A stretch of 64,000 nucleotides of DNA from the NCBI RefSeq assembly GCF_000737315.1, contig NZ_JMCB01000006.1, positions 124,001 to 188,000 on the forward strand. Direction: 5' to 3'. The DNA is from Hyalangium minutum. Lineage in GTDB: Bacteria; Myxococcota; Myxococcia; Myxococcales; Myxococcaceae. The notes under the pieces are model-generated. The model worked only from the letters and a program-made list of their open reading frames with translations, had not been told where the DNA came from and ran no database searches. The position numbers and the translations under genes are program-made. The first letter of the stretch is position 1, and every line of letters starts with the position of its first letter. Below are positions 55,307 through 64,000 of this stretch, piece after piece.

Positions 55307-58084
55307 CTAGGGCTGCGGGACGATGACGAACGCCACACCCGGGAGGCTGAGGCCGGGCCCGGCGATGCGCAGGGTGCCTTCCACGCGCAGGATGTCCTGG
55401 GTGGACGGGTCCACCTGTTTGACGGTTCCGGTGATCTGCATGGCGTCGCCTACACCCGTGGGCGAGATGGGGATGGCGAAGGGCTGCATGCGCAGCGTGT
55501 CTCCATCCACGCGAGCCCAGACCTCCTGGCGCTGCTGAGCGCCGAAGCGCTGCGGGAGGATGCGCAGGGTGAGTCCTCCGGGCCTCGGCGCGTCGAGGGA
55601 CTCGAGCAGGAGGTCCACGGGCATTGTTCCCGAGGGCCCCGCCGGCACCTGAAGGGTCATCTTCATCGTCTTGCGCCACTGGCCTGAGGCGGGCTGGGCC
55701 ACAGTGAAGGAGGTGGAGCGCTCGCCCTCCAGCTCGCCTCCCGAGAGGAACGGCAAGCCTGGGCGTGCCCGGAAGGTGTAGCTCGCGCCGGGCGTGAGGG
55801 GCGCGGTGGGGACGAACTCGATGCGGCCTCCCTGGAGCTCCACGGTGCCGGGGACGTGCTGGCCCTGGGCGTCTTCGAGCACCACGTACTCAGCGGCCCA
55901 CTGCGCGGAGGTCTTCCCGGGCGTGCTGTCATCCACGGGCTCCGCGAAGGCCACGAACGGGCGGACGTCGGGGTACACACCTTGATTGCTGTCCGTGTCG
56001 GGCCAGATGCCGAGCGGTGCAGCACCCTTGGGCGTCAGCTCTCGGAGGAACTCGACGAGGTCCGCCCGCTCCTCGGAGGTGAGCGGCACCTGGACGTAGT
56101 CGAGCGCCACGTCCACCGCGTCCTCCAGCGTGCGGGCTTGTCCCTTCACGAAGTAGATACCGTGGCGGTAGGCGCCGAGCAGCGAGGGCACATCGGCGGG
56201 CTCGCCGGACTTGCCCTTCGGCAGGTAGGCCCGGCTGGTGTAGAGCGGCGGCACGTGGCAGCTGGCGCAGGTGGCCTTGTTCTCGAAGAGTGCCTTTCCG
56301 CGCAGGCCCGCTTCCGTGTAGCTGCCGTCGAGCCGGGTATGGCCCGTGGCCCTCGGGGCGCCGAGCAGCGACTCCAGGAAGGCCTCGAGCCCGAGCGCCT
56401 CCTGGGGCGTGACCGGTCTCGCGACGATGGACGAGGGCCCCTGGTAGCCGAAGTTGTCCGCGTTGGAGACGTAGGCTCCCCACTCGAGCGGAGTGGTGGC
56501 GGCCAGGAGCTGCAGCGGCCGGGCGTTGTGCCAGATGGACGGCCCGAAGCGCCAGATGAGCCCGTTGTTCTGCGTCTCGATGTGGCAGCTGGAGCAGGCG
56601 TGGTTCTGGGCGAAGCTGCCGCCTGGACGCGTGAAGACGCGCTCTCCGAGCGCCACGTCCGCCGGGCGGGGCTCCTCGGTGAGCTTCACGGTGGCACGCA
56701 CCTGGGCGTCCGCGCCGAGCACCCAGGCCTCGAAGGTCTGGAAGCAATGGACGGCCACGGTGCCCTGCGCATCGAGCGCCACGAGCTGCCGCGCGCCCGG
56801 CCCCACGGTGACGCGGGCCTTCTCAGCGAGCGTGGTCCGGTCGAGCGCCACCACGAGCTCGGAGGACTCGGCGGAGACCCACACGGTGTCCCCCACCACG
56901 AGCACACCCGCGGGGTTGACCACGTACCCGCCCGAGCCCGCCTGGCGCCACAGGTCCGCGCGCCGCAGGACCTGCCCGTAGCCAGGGCGCGCGGGATCGG
57001 CACCGACGACAACCACCTCGTGAACGAAGGGCTTGGCGTTGGCATCGGACTGGGAGGGCTCAGGGTCGCCATCGGTGGCGGCGATGAACAGCTCGGCGCC
57101 ATCGTCCGAGAGCGCGAGGGCGCGCAGATCGGCCGAGACGCCCTCCACCACGGTGTCCACCTTCAGCGTCTCGGTGTTGATGATGTGGACGTCCTGATCA
57201 TCCCCAGCCTTGTAGGTGCCGCGCGTGTCCTTGATGCGGTTGCCCGAGCGGTACGAGGCCACGAAGAGGCGCTTGCCCTCCGGAGACAGCACGAGGGCGC
57301 GCGGGTCGAAGCCGACGTCCACCCGGGCCACCACCTGGCGCTGCTCCAGGTCCACCACGGCCACCTGCCGCTGCGTGGCCAGGGACACGTAGAGGGTGCG
57401 GGCATCCGGAGAGAGCGCGAGGCCCGAGGGCTCGTCTCCGACCCAGAGCGCATCTTCCAGTACACCGCGCTCGCGGTGGATGAAGCCCACGGTGTCACTG
57501 CCTCGGTGGGCCACCAGGACGTAAGGCAGCGGGGCTCTCCACGCCAGGGCCGAGGGCCAGGCGCCCACGGTCACCTCGCCCACCTTGCTCCAGAGGCCAT
57601 TCACCTGGGAGATGCGCGACACCGTGTACGCAGCGCCGTTGGCGGTCCACAGCTCGTCGCCGACACGGGCGGCGCCGTACAGCGGGGTCAGGTAGTGGTT
57701 GCGGAAGCGCTCCGCCGGGGAGCGGGCGACGACGTGGAGCGAGAGCCGGGAGTTGTCCATCTCGCCCAAGCGGAAGGTGTAGTCGCCGGGGACGTCCGGA
57801 GTGAAGCGCGGCTGGGGACTGCCCTTCGAGTGGACGGTGTTGGCGCTGCCCTCCGGAGCCGAGAGGACCTGCCACTCGAGGGTGGAGGGGCACTCGTCTT
57901 TCTGGAGGACAGCGGGCAGGTAGAAGGTCTCGCCCAGGGTGTGTGAGCGGGGATTCTGGAGTGGGAGCGGAGCCTCGGCGCAGAGCGGCTCGGACTTCGG
58001 GGGCGCGTCGTCGTCGTCACAAGCTCCCAGGCTGAAGACGAGGGCCGCGGCGGCACAGAGCGGAATCACGATGCGGACTTTCAT
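55307..58084 (-). CDS. Lipoprotein: Ig-like, YVTN beta-propeller, di-heme c (CcP/MauG-like), Big_5 Ig-like
   Basis: Lipobox LGAC from ATG 58084; RFTPDVPGDYTFRL; VG..P.GLALSPD repeats; CSSCH and CASCH; RGKALF; VPSLLG; PLTPGASYTF. Confidence 0.85.
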   Translation of the reverse strand: MKVRIVIPLCAAAALVFSLGACDDDDAPPKSEPLCAEAPLPLQNPRSHTLGETFYLPAVLQKDECPSTLEWQVLSAPEGSANTVHSKGSPQPRFTPDVPGDYTFRLGEMDNSRLSLHVVARSPAERFRNHYLTPLYGAARVGDELWTANGAAYTVSRISQVNGLWSKVGEVTVGAWPSALAWRAPLPYVLVAHRGSDTVGFIHRERGVLEDALWVGDEPSGLALSPDARTLYVSLATQRQVAVVDLEQRQVVARVDVGFDPRALVLSPEGKRLFVASYRSGNRIKDTRGTYKAGDDQDVHIINTETLKVDTVVEGVSADLRALALSDDGAELFIAATDGDPEPSQSDANAKPFVHEVVVVGADPARPGYGQVLRRADLWRQAGSGGYVVNPAGVLVVGDTVWVSAESSELVVALDRTTLAEKARVTVGPGARQLVALDAQGTVAVHCFQTFEAWVLGADAQVRATVKLTEEPRPADVALGERVFTRPGGSFAQNHACSSCHIETQNNGLIWRFGPSIWHNARPLQLLAATTPLEWGAYVSNADNFGYQGPSSIVARPVTPQEALGLEAFLESLLGAPRATGHTRLDGSYTEAGLRGKALFENKATCASCHVPPLYTSRAYLPKGKSGEPADVPSLLGAYRHGIYFVKGQARTLEDAVDVALDYVQVPLTSEERADLVEFLRELTPKGAAPLGIWPDTDSNQGVYPDVRPFVAFAEPVDDSTPGKTSAQWAAEYVVLEDAQGQHVPGTVELQGGRIEFVPTAPLTPGASYTFRARPGLPFLSGGELEGERSTSFTVAQPASGQWRKTMKMTLQVPAGPSGTMPVDLLLESLDAPRPGGLTLRILPQRFGAQQRQEVWARVDGDTLRMQPFAIPISPTGVGDAMQITGTVKQVDPSTQDILRVEGTLRIAGPGLSLPGVAFVIVPQP

Positions 58085-58181
58085 GGCGGCCCCTGCCATA
58101 AGAATCGGGCTCCGCCCCCGCCAACCTCCCGTTGCAGCCACAGTTGGCCTGAGGCCTCGCGTCCCATTATGAACAGGCCTC

Positions 58182-58547
58182 ATGCACATGAATCGACAGT
58201 GGATCGTGTCCCTCCTGGCCTGCCTCTTCCTCGCGGCGTGCTTCCCCAAGGCGGGGACGGTGCCTGGGCCTTTGTCTTCGGCGGGCCTCGAGAGCGCCCA
58301 GGCCCGGTGGCCCGGCACATCGGCCGAGGAACTCGAGCAGGGGCGTCAGCTCTTCTTGAACCACTGCAACTCCTGTCACTCCTATCCGGATCGCACCGCG
58401 TACAGCGAGGCGGAGTGGCCAGGACTGGCCCGGCGGATGGGAAAGAAGGCGGATCTAAAGGAAGCGGAGAGCGAGCTCGTGCTCCGCTTCATCCTGGCGA
58501 ACCGCTCCGAGCCGGCCGCTGCTCCGGAAGCCCCGGCCGCCCGCTGA
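58182..58547 (+). CDS. Monoheme cytochrome c lipoprotein
   Basis: Lipobox LAAC; QGRQLFLNHCNSCH...EWPGLARRM (likely His/Met ligation). Confidence 0.85.
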   Translation: MHMNRQWIVSLLACLFLAACFPKAGTVPGPLSSAGLESAQARWPGTSAEELEQGRQLFLNHCNSCHSYPDRTAYSEAEWPGLARRMGKKADLKEAESELVLRFILANRSEPAAAPEAPAAR

Positions 58548-59972
58548 TCAGCGCACGGCCAGGGTCCGGCTGCGCCAGTCGGCGGTGCTCCAGCGCTGGA
58601 AGGTGCCCGAGTCTTGGGGGCGCCCGGCGGTCTTCTCGGGCATGAGCGTCTCGCGCTTGAGCACCTGGAAGGAGGACTGGATCTTCCCCTCCACGAGCAC
58701 CTCGCGCGCCACCAGCACCCGCGAGCCATCCGGGGTGAAGCCCGCCAGCTCCACGTAGCCCACGCCCGGCTCCGTCGTCGCGGGCGAGAGCGCGTCCAGC
58801 AGCCACCCGTCGCCTTCCTGGTGGAAGACCCACAGCTCCGTCCACCCTTCCAGGAGCTGCACCGCAACGGTGACAACTGTGCCCTGCGGCGACTGGCGGA
58901 GGGAGCCCGGCCACACCAGCCCATAGGTGCAGCGCTCCGCCAGAGGAGAAGCGGGGGCCTTCGGGTTGGCCGAGGCCTTCGTCGGATCCATCAGGCGCAG
59001 GCAGGTCTCCCCGGGCCGTCCCTGGGTCAGCTCGAGCCGAGGGCCTGCGCCGGGCTTCTCCGGAACCGGCACTGACGCCCAGCGCGAGGCCGCCACCCGG
59101 ACTGCCGCTACCGCGTAGGCGGAGCGATCCTCGTCCGCCAGCTCTGACTTCAGCACCCGCGCCAGCTCCTCCACAGAGCGCTCGCTCGCCTTCGCTCCCC
59201 GCACGGCCTCGCCCCGGCGGGTCCATTGGTAGGCCAGCGAGGCGTACACTTCGGCGCGCCGCAGATGGAGGCGATTGGCCTGCCACGCGGGGAGCTGAGC
59301 GGAGTCCACCTGTTCCAGGACGCCACTGCGCCACTCGTCGACGGCCTGGCGCTCCACCTGGCTCAAGGCGGGGTCCATGCACTCGGGCCGCGTCAGTGCG
59401 AGCGCCGCCCGGAGCCGCGCCTCGGGACTGCCGCCCATCCCGAGCACCCGGCGGAAGGCCTCGCCGTCGTAGCAGATGCGGGTTCGGCCTTCCTGCTCGA
59501 TGCTGAGGAGCTTCACGCCATAGCTGGCGGCCACGTCCAGGTGCGCGGCCAGGGTCTCGTCATTGGACTTCTTGGAGGAGGCCCGCCGGGCCAACCGGTC
59601 CGCCAGGGTGCCCATGGCATCGAAGAGCTCCGGGCCCACCTGCGAGGGGTTGGCCGCGCGCAGCAGCGCCGCCGTGTAGCCGATTCCCAGCGCCTCGGCG
59701 CCCGAGGTGTCCCGGAGGAACTCCACCACCGCCTGGAGCCGGGGCACGCTGGCCTCGTCCAGGGTGTAGACGCGGACCTGCTGCTGACGGATGTAGCCGG
59801 GGCGCTCCCGGCGGTGGTCATAGACCTGGAGGAAGCCCTGGCGCTCCCCTCGGACTTCGAGCCACTCGCCCTGCCAGAGCGTGGCCTGGCGGGTGGCGGA
59901 GTCCTGCGGGGCGGCGCGCAGGGGCGTCTGGTCCTGCACCACCAGCGCGAGCGTGAGAATCGTGGCGAGCAT
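58548..59972 (-). CDS. Exported protein with N-terminal SH3b-like domain, helical middle and beta-rich C-terminus
   Basis: Hydrophobic N-terminus; TPLRAAP...LWQGEWLEVRGERQGFLQV...GYI resembles SH3b; 15 bp downstream of the SPFH gene. Confidence 0.65.
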   Translation of the reverse strand: MLATILTLALVVQDQTPLRAAPQDSATRQATLWQGEWLEVRGERQGFLQVYDHRRERPGYIRQQQVRVYTLDEASVPRLQAVVEFLRDTSGAEALGIGYTAALLRAANPSQVGPELFDAMGTLADRLARRASSKKSNDETLAAHLDVAASYGVKLLSIEQEGRTRICYDGEAFRRVLGMGGSPEARLRAALALTRPECMDPALSQVERQAVDEWRSGVLEQVDSAQLPAWQANRLHLRRAEVYASLAYQWTRRGEAVRGAKASERSVEELARVLKSELADEDRSAYAVAAVRVAASRWASVPVPEKPGAGPRLELTQGRPGETCLRLMDPTKASANPKAPASPLAERCTYGLVWPGSLRQSPQGTVVTVAVQLLEGWTELWVFHQEGDGWLLDALSPATTEPGVGYVELAGFTPDGSRVLVAREVLVEGKIQSSFQVLKRETLMPEKTAGRPQDSGTFQRWSTADWRSRTLAVR

Positions 59973-59987
59973 GGCGGGGCGCTCCTG

Positions 59988-61301
59988 TCAGTACTCGCTC
60001 TGGGAGTTCTCGGAGCCGGACTCGGACTCTGACGGGCCTCCCGAGTGCGACGCCGACGCGGCGGGGGCGTTCGCGTACGAGGGCGCGGGGGGTTGCTGGC
60101 CGAGGAGGCCGCTGGCGAAGAACCCTCCCACCTGAGGCGGGGCGATGATGACCTGGATCTTGTCGGACAGCTTGTCAGCGAGGGTCTTCTGGATGAGGAG
60201 GGGGTTCTTGCTGATGAGGCTGGCGTCGCGGGCGAGCTGCTCGGAGGCGGCCTTGCCCGTCACCTCGACGCGGTAGGCATCGGACTCGGCGAGCTTGCGG
60301 CGGGCGTCGGCTTCTCCTGCGGCCTCGATGCGGCGAGCCTCGGCCTCGGCGCTGGCTTGGGTGAGGCGGCTGACCTTGGAGGCCTCGGCCTCCAGGCGGC
60401 GCTGTTCGATCTCCTTCTCCTTGAAGGGGAGGACGTGGCGCATGGCCTCGGCCTTGGCCTTGGCGGCGATGATCTCCTCGCTGGCGGCGGCCTCGGCGGC
60501 CTTCTCTCGGCGGACCTTCTCAGCCTCGGCGCTGAGGGCCGACTCCTTGATTTGCTTCTCCTTGAGCTCCAGCGTGTAGCGCATCTTCTCGGCGCTCAGC
60601 TCCTCGGCGAGCAGTGACTCCAGGCCCTGGCGGTACCGCTGGGGCAGGTCGACGTTGCCCAGGGTGATCGAGCGCAGGAGGACGCCATCGGCGGCCAGCA
60701 GGGGGCCAATCTCATCGGTGAGGGCCTTTTGGATCTCCCTGCGCTGGGTGGAGAAGATCTCCCGAACTGTGTGCTGGGCGAAGTGGCGGCGGAGCACGCC
60801 GTCGATGACGGGCTCGACGATCTCCCGGCCCACATCCTCCGGCATGGAGGCGGCCAGGGAGGCAACGCGAGACGGCTCGAGCGCGTAGCGGATGGTCACT
60901 TCGATGCCGATGGACAGGCCCTCCGCGGACTGGAAGGGGGCGGCGCCCTCGGCCTGGGTGCTGCGGCTGGGCTGGAAGACCTGGTCCTTCAAGCTATAGA
61001 GGTGGAGCCGGTGGACGTGGGGCACGAGCAGGGCCCAGCCCTCGCGCAGCTCCTGGCTGTTGCCGGTGAGCAGGTTCATCCGGATGCCCACCTGACCGGG
61101 CTCGATGAGGGTGACGGGGCGGGTGGAGACGGCCATGGCCACGAGGCCGGTCACCGTCAGCCCGGTGGCGATGCGGCGGCCGCGCGAGGTGAAGATGAGC
61201 CAGCGGACCTGACTGACTCCTGCGCCCGCGACGGCGCGGACTCCGAAGACGCTCTGCTTGATGACTGCACTCAGCTTCTCTTTGACGTTCTGCCAGTTCA
61301 T
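59988..61301 (-). CDS. SPFH (band 7/prohibitin/flotillin) membrane protein
   Basis: TM then IEPGQVGI..N; FQSAEGLSIGIEVTIRY; LRSITLGNVDLP; long AEA coiled coil. Start placed at ATG 61301. Confidence 0.9.
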   Translation of the reverse strand: MNWQNVKEKLSAVIKQSVFGVRAVAGAGVSQVRWLIFTSRGRRIATGLTVTGLVAMAVSTRPVTLIEPGQVGIRMNLLTGNSQELREGWALLVPHVHRLHLYSLKDQVFQPSRSTQAEGAAPFQSAEGLSIGIEVTIRYALEPSRVASLAASMPEDVGREIVEPVIDGVLRRHFAQHTVREIFSTQRREIQKALTDEIGPLLAADGVLLRSITLGNVDLPQRYRQGLESLLAEELSAEKMRYTLELKEKQIKESALSAEAEKVRREKAAEAAASEEIIAAKAKAEAMRHVLPFKEKEIEQRRLEAEASKVSRLTQASAEAEARRIEAAGEADARRKLAESDAYRVEVTGKAASEQLARDASLISKNPLLIQKTLADKLSDKIQVIIAPPQVGGFFASGLLGQQPPAPSYANAPAASASHSGGPSESESGSENSQSEY

Positions 61302-61307
61302 TGGTGG

Positions 61308-61334
61308 TTGCCCTCTCCCGCGAGGGAAGGGCAA
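61308..61334 (-). promoter_or_regulatory. 5' UTR hairpin covering the purine-rich RBS region of the SPFH gene
   Basis: mRNA UUGCCCU-UCCC-UCGC-GGGA-G-AGGGCAA-CCACCA-AUG. Confidence 0.4.
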
Positions 61335-61619
61335 TGCATGAGAGATACCCACCGCGTGGGCGGAGCGTGCCGGACGTGGGCGCTCGGAGCGCGTGAGGCG
61401 CGTGGCTGCGTGGACTCAAGCACTGTGGCTGGCGTGGCTCAGTGCCGCGCGCGGGTGCGTCCGGCAGACCGCGCTTCCAGCGCGGAGGGGGCTCACGCCA
61501 TGTCAAAAAATGCGAGTGAACTGGCGTGTGCTCTTGGCGGTCCTGGGTGGGCTCCTCCTGTCCGCGCACCCAGCAGCAACCCTGGATGTGCCAGACCGAC
61601 CTGTAAGCTCTAACCCGCC

Positions 61620-64000
61620 TCAGCCCTTCTTCCCGTCATCGCCCCCGCCCGGGGCAGCGGCGCGCACCACCGTCTCCGCGTTGAAGTCCTCGGGCTTCAC
61701 CGCTCGGAGGCCCGACGAGGACAGCCGCGAGCTCGCCTTGCGCCAGTACTCGCGCGGCGGCAGCCGCTCCACCTTGGGGCTTGGCCGCGGCCAGAAGTCA
61801 CACTCGGTCAGCCCCAGCCGCTTCACCAGCACCTGCCGCTCCTCGTAGATCCGCGCCGCCCCCGCCACATCCCCCAGTTCCTCCAGCGCCTCCGCGTACC
61901 GCTGCAGCGAGGGAATCGAGTTGCTCAGGTTCTCCACCGCCCGCAGCCGCATCAGCGCCTCATCCCCCTTCGCCCACACCTCCTCTATAGGACCTCCAGC
62001 GAGCGCCTGCAGGTGCGCCAGTCCGATGAGGGACAGCGGCCCGGCCTGCTCATCCGTCGCCCCGGCGCTCGCCAGCTCCAGCCCCTTCTCGTACGCGGCC
62101 TTCGCCTCGATGTGCCGGCCCGCCACGAACTCCACATCCCCCAGGTACGCGTAGGACAGACACAGCCCATGGGTGGTGCCCTGCTGCCGCGCCAGCCCCA
62201 GCGCATGCACCAGCAGGTGCCGCGCCCGATCCAGCTGCCCCACATGGAACTGGTGCCGCCCCGCGTAGGCCGTGCCCATGCACAGGTACAGCCCCGTAAT
62301 ATGGTGGGCCTCGGTGAAGGCGAGCAGCTCCGCGCTGCGCTGCACCCCCTCGTCCCAGCGGAACTCCGCCTCTGCGATGGCCGCGTAACAGAAGGTGGAA
62401 GCCGCCATCCGCACCGGGTTGCCCAGCCTCAAGGCAATGCGCGCCGCCGACGCCGCGTACTCCCGGGCCCGCTTGAACTCGCCGCCATATGCCAGCCCCA
62501 ACGCGAGCATCCCCTCGGCGTGCGTCTGCTCCACATACTCCCCCGCCTCCGCCGACTGCTGCGCCACCTCCGTGAGCATGGAGATGGAGGGCCCGAACCG
62601 CCCCCACCCCGACAGCGCTCTCCCCATGATGCTCAACGGAGCATGGAGGTAGGAGCGCAGGTTCGGCTCCATGGCCGCCTCCAAGCACAGCTCGCTGTAC
62701 TCCAGCGCCTTCGGGAAGTTGCCCTGCGCGTAGTACGCGCCCGCCCACGAGCTGTTGAGCGCCGCCTGCTGCTCCATCGTGGGGTCCTGCAGCAGCGCCT
62801 GCCCCTGCTCCAGGTACCGGAGCATCTCCACCGCACTGCCCAGCAAGCACCCGATGCGCACCAGCCAATACAAGGAGCGCACCAGCACCTCATCCCGCTC
62901 GGCCGAGGGAGGCTGAGCACTGGCCACGGTGAACGCCTTGCGCAGGTGCTGGTTGGCGCCGATGGGGTCCAACAACCGGTCCGCCTCCAGCCCTGCCTCC
63001 AGGTACGCACTGGCCGCCCGCACCGGCTGGCCCGCCTTCTCCCAGTGGTAGCCCTGCGTCCCCGGCGGGGCCTTGCGCTGCTGCAGCCGCTCGCCGATGC
63101 GCCGGTGGATGTCCTGCACGTTCTCCAGCCGCCCATCCGCCGCCAGCCGCTCGCGCAGCGTGTCATGCGCGAAGGTGCACCGGTCCCCCGCCACCACCAG
63201 CAGCCGCGCCTCCTCCGCCTCGGTGATGGCGGTGTGCACCTCTAGAGGAGAGAACAGCCCCAGCGCCTCCAGGTCCGACAGCCGGAACCGCCGGTCGAAG
63301 AGCGCGGCCACCCGCAGGACCTTCAGCACCCGCTCGTCCAGCCGCTCCAGCGCGCGCCCCACCACCGTGGAGACGGAGTCCGGAGGCCGGTACTCCCCAC
63401 TCAACCGGTCTGACAACCGGACACGCCCATCCGCCTCCCGGCTGAGGTAGTTCCCCAGCTGCAAGTCTCGAATGATCTGCGCGGCGACCAGCGGGTTGCC
63501 ACTGGCCAGGAACGGCACGGCCTGGACCAGGGCCTTCACCACGGCCGGGCTGGCGCCCCCCGCAAGCTGCGCCAGGAGCTGGCCGTTCTCCAGAGAGCTG
63601 AGCGCATCCAGGGTGAGCATCTCCAGCTCGCCGGTCTGCGCCAGGCGCGGCGGCGGCCGGGTGGTCGCCAGCAGCAGCACACCGGGAGGAGGGGCGGCGC
63701 TGATCCGCGAGAGCACGGCCAGGGTGCCCTCGTCCGCCGAGTGCACATCCTCCAGCACCAGCACCATCGGCCGCGCGGTACCAACGGCGGTGAGCAGGTG
63801 CATCAGCGCCTTGCCCACCCGCTCCGGCCCGAGCCCCTGGACGAGCACGCCCTCGGTGTCGCGCTCGGCGCCCTCCGGCAGCAGGCGGCTCAGCTCCGGC
63901 ACCAGCCGCCGCAGCTCCTGGGCCTCGCCCGCGAGCGCCTGCCCCGCCAGATGGCGCACCCGGTGCCCAGGCTCGCTGCGGATGCCCAGCAGCACCTCCA
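61620..64000 (-). CDS. AAA/STAND-type ATPase with winged helix and TPR repeats; C-terminal part only (probably fused to an N-terminal Ser/Thr kinase outside the window)
   Basis: Walker B VLVLEDVHSAD, GNPL, FAHDTLRE, followed by TPR-like helices; open to the window edge. Confidence 0.8.
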   Translation of the reverse strand, partial: EVLLGIRSEPGHRVRHLAGQALAGEAQELRRLVPELSRLLPEGAERDTEGVLVQGLGPERVGKALMHLLTAVGTARPMVLVLEDVHSADEGTLAVLSRISAAPPPGVLLLATTRPPPRLAQTGELEMLTLDALSSLENGQLLAQLAGGASPAVVKALVQAVPFLASGNPLVAAQIIRDLQLGNYLSREADGRVRLSDRLSGEYRPPDSVSTVVGRALERLDERVLKVLRVAALFDRRFRLSDLEALGLFSPLEVHTAITEAEEARLLVVAGDRCTFAHDTLRERLAADGRLENVQDIHRRIGERLQQRKAPPGTQGYHWEKAGQPVRAASAYLEAGLEADRLLDPIGANQHLRKAFTVASAQPPSAERDEVLVRSLYWLVRIGCLLGSAVEMLRYLEQGQALLQDPTMEQQAALNSSWAGAYYAQGNFPKALEYSELCLEAAMEPNLRSYLHAPLSIMGRALSGWGRFGPSISMLTEVAQQSAEAGEYVEQTHAEGMLALGLAYGGEFKRAREYAASAARIALRLGNPVRMAASTFCYAAIAEAEFRWDEGVQRSAELLAFTEAHHITGLYLCMGTAYAGRHQFHVGQLDRARHLLVHALGLARQQGTTHGLCLSYAYLGDVEFVAGRHIEAKAAYEKGLELASAGATDEQAGPLSLIGLAHLQALAGGPIEEVWAKGDEALMRLRAVENLSNSIPSLQRYAEALEELGDVAGAARIYEERQVLVKRLGLTECDFWPRPSPKVERLPPREYWRKASSRLSSSGLRAVKPEDFNAETVVRAAAPGGGDDGKKG

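Noticed and set aside
61393-61848. Plus-strand ORF with a signal-peptide-like stretch (MRVNWRVLLAVLGGLLLSAHPAA), and a TTGACA at 61501-61506 on the minus strand
   Set aside because: The ORF runs antisense into the ATPase-TPR gene with low-complexity sequence, and no -10 element lies at the right spacing from the TTGACA.

Overview
High-GC myxobacterial DNA (Myxococcales, Cystobacterineae-like, judged from gene content). I found no rRNA, tRNA, CRISPR array or IS element. From left to right it contains: (1) the start of the exopolysaccharide (eps) locus in the Myxococcus xanthus gene order epsZ-wzx-epsY-epsX-[small ORF]-epsW-epsV, on the minus strand, including a 57-aa two-TM ORF missed by the ORF track; (2) a five-gene minus-strand operon of periplasmic binding protein, sensor kinase, REC-GAF-pseudokinase, REC-GAF-kinase and GT4 glycosyltransferase; (3) core genes (nudC, queE, GIY-YIG, CBS, hydrolase, three PpiC/SurA chaperones, pdxA, AgmX-like protein, desaturase); (4) two paralogous REC(D->E)-GAF-PAS genes flanking a SitA6/SitI6 kin-discrimination toxin-immunity pair and an aldo-keto reductase; (5) a Tat-exported cholesterol oxidase, a TPR/POTRA-like/HEAT lipoprotein, a P450, an unknown protein and a PaoABC-type molybdoenzyme; (6) a 1082-aa Cys-free amphipathic-repeat protein, an ECF41 sigma factor and flavoprotein with a recognisable autoregulatory promoter, a propeller hybrid kinase and a permuted papain-like amidase; (7) a divergent pair of c-type heme lipoproteins, an SPFH gene with an SH3-like partner, and the 3' part of an ATPase-TPR gene. 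The best candidates for undescribed biology are the 1082-aa protein, the pseudokinase phosphorelay beside eps, the paralog-flanked toxin cassette and the heme lipoprotein pair. All annotations come from motif recognition by eye; no database search was run.
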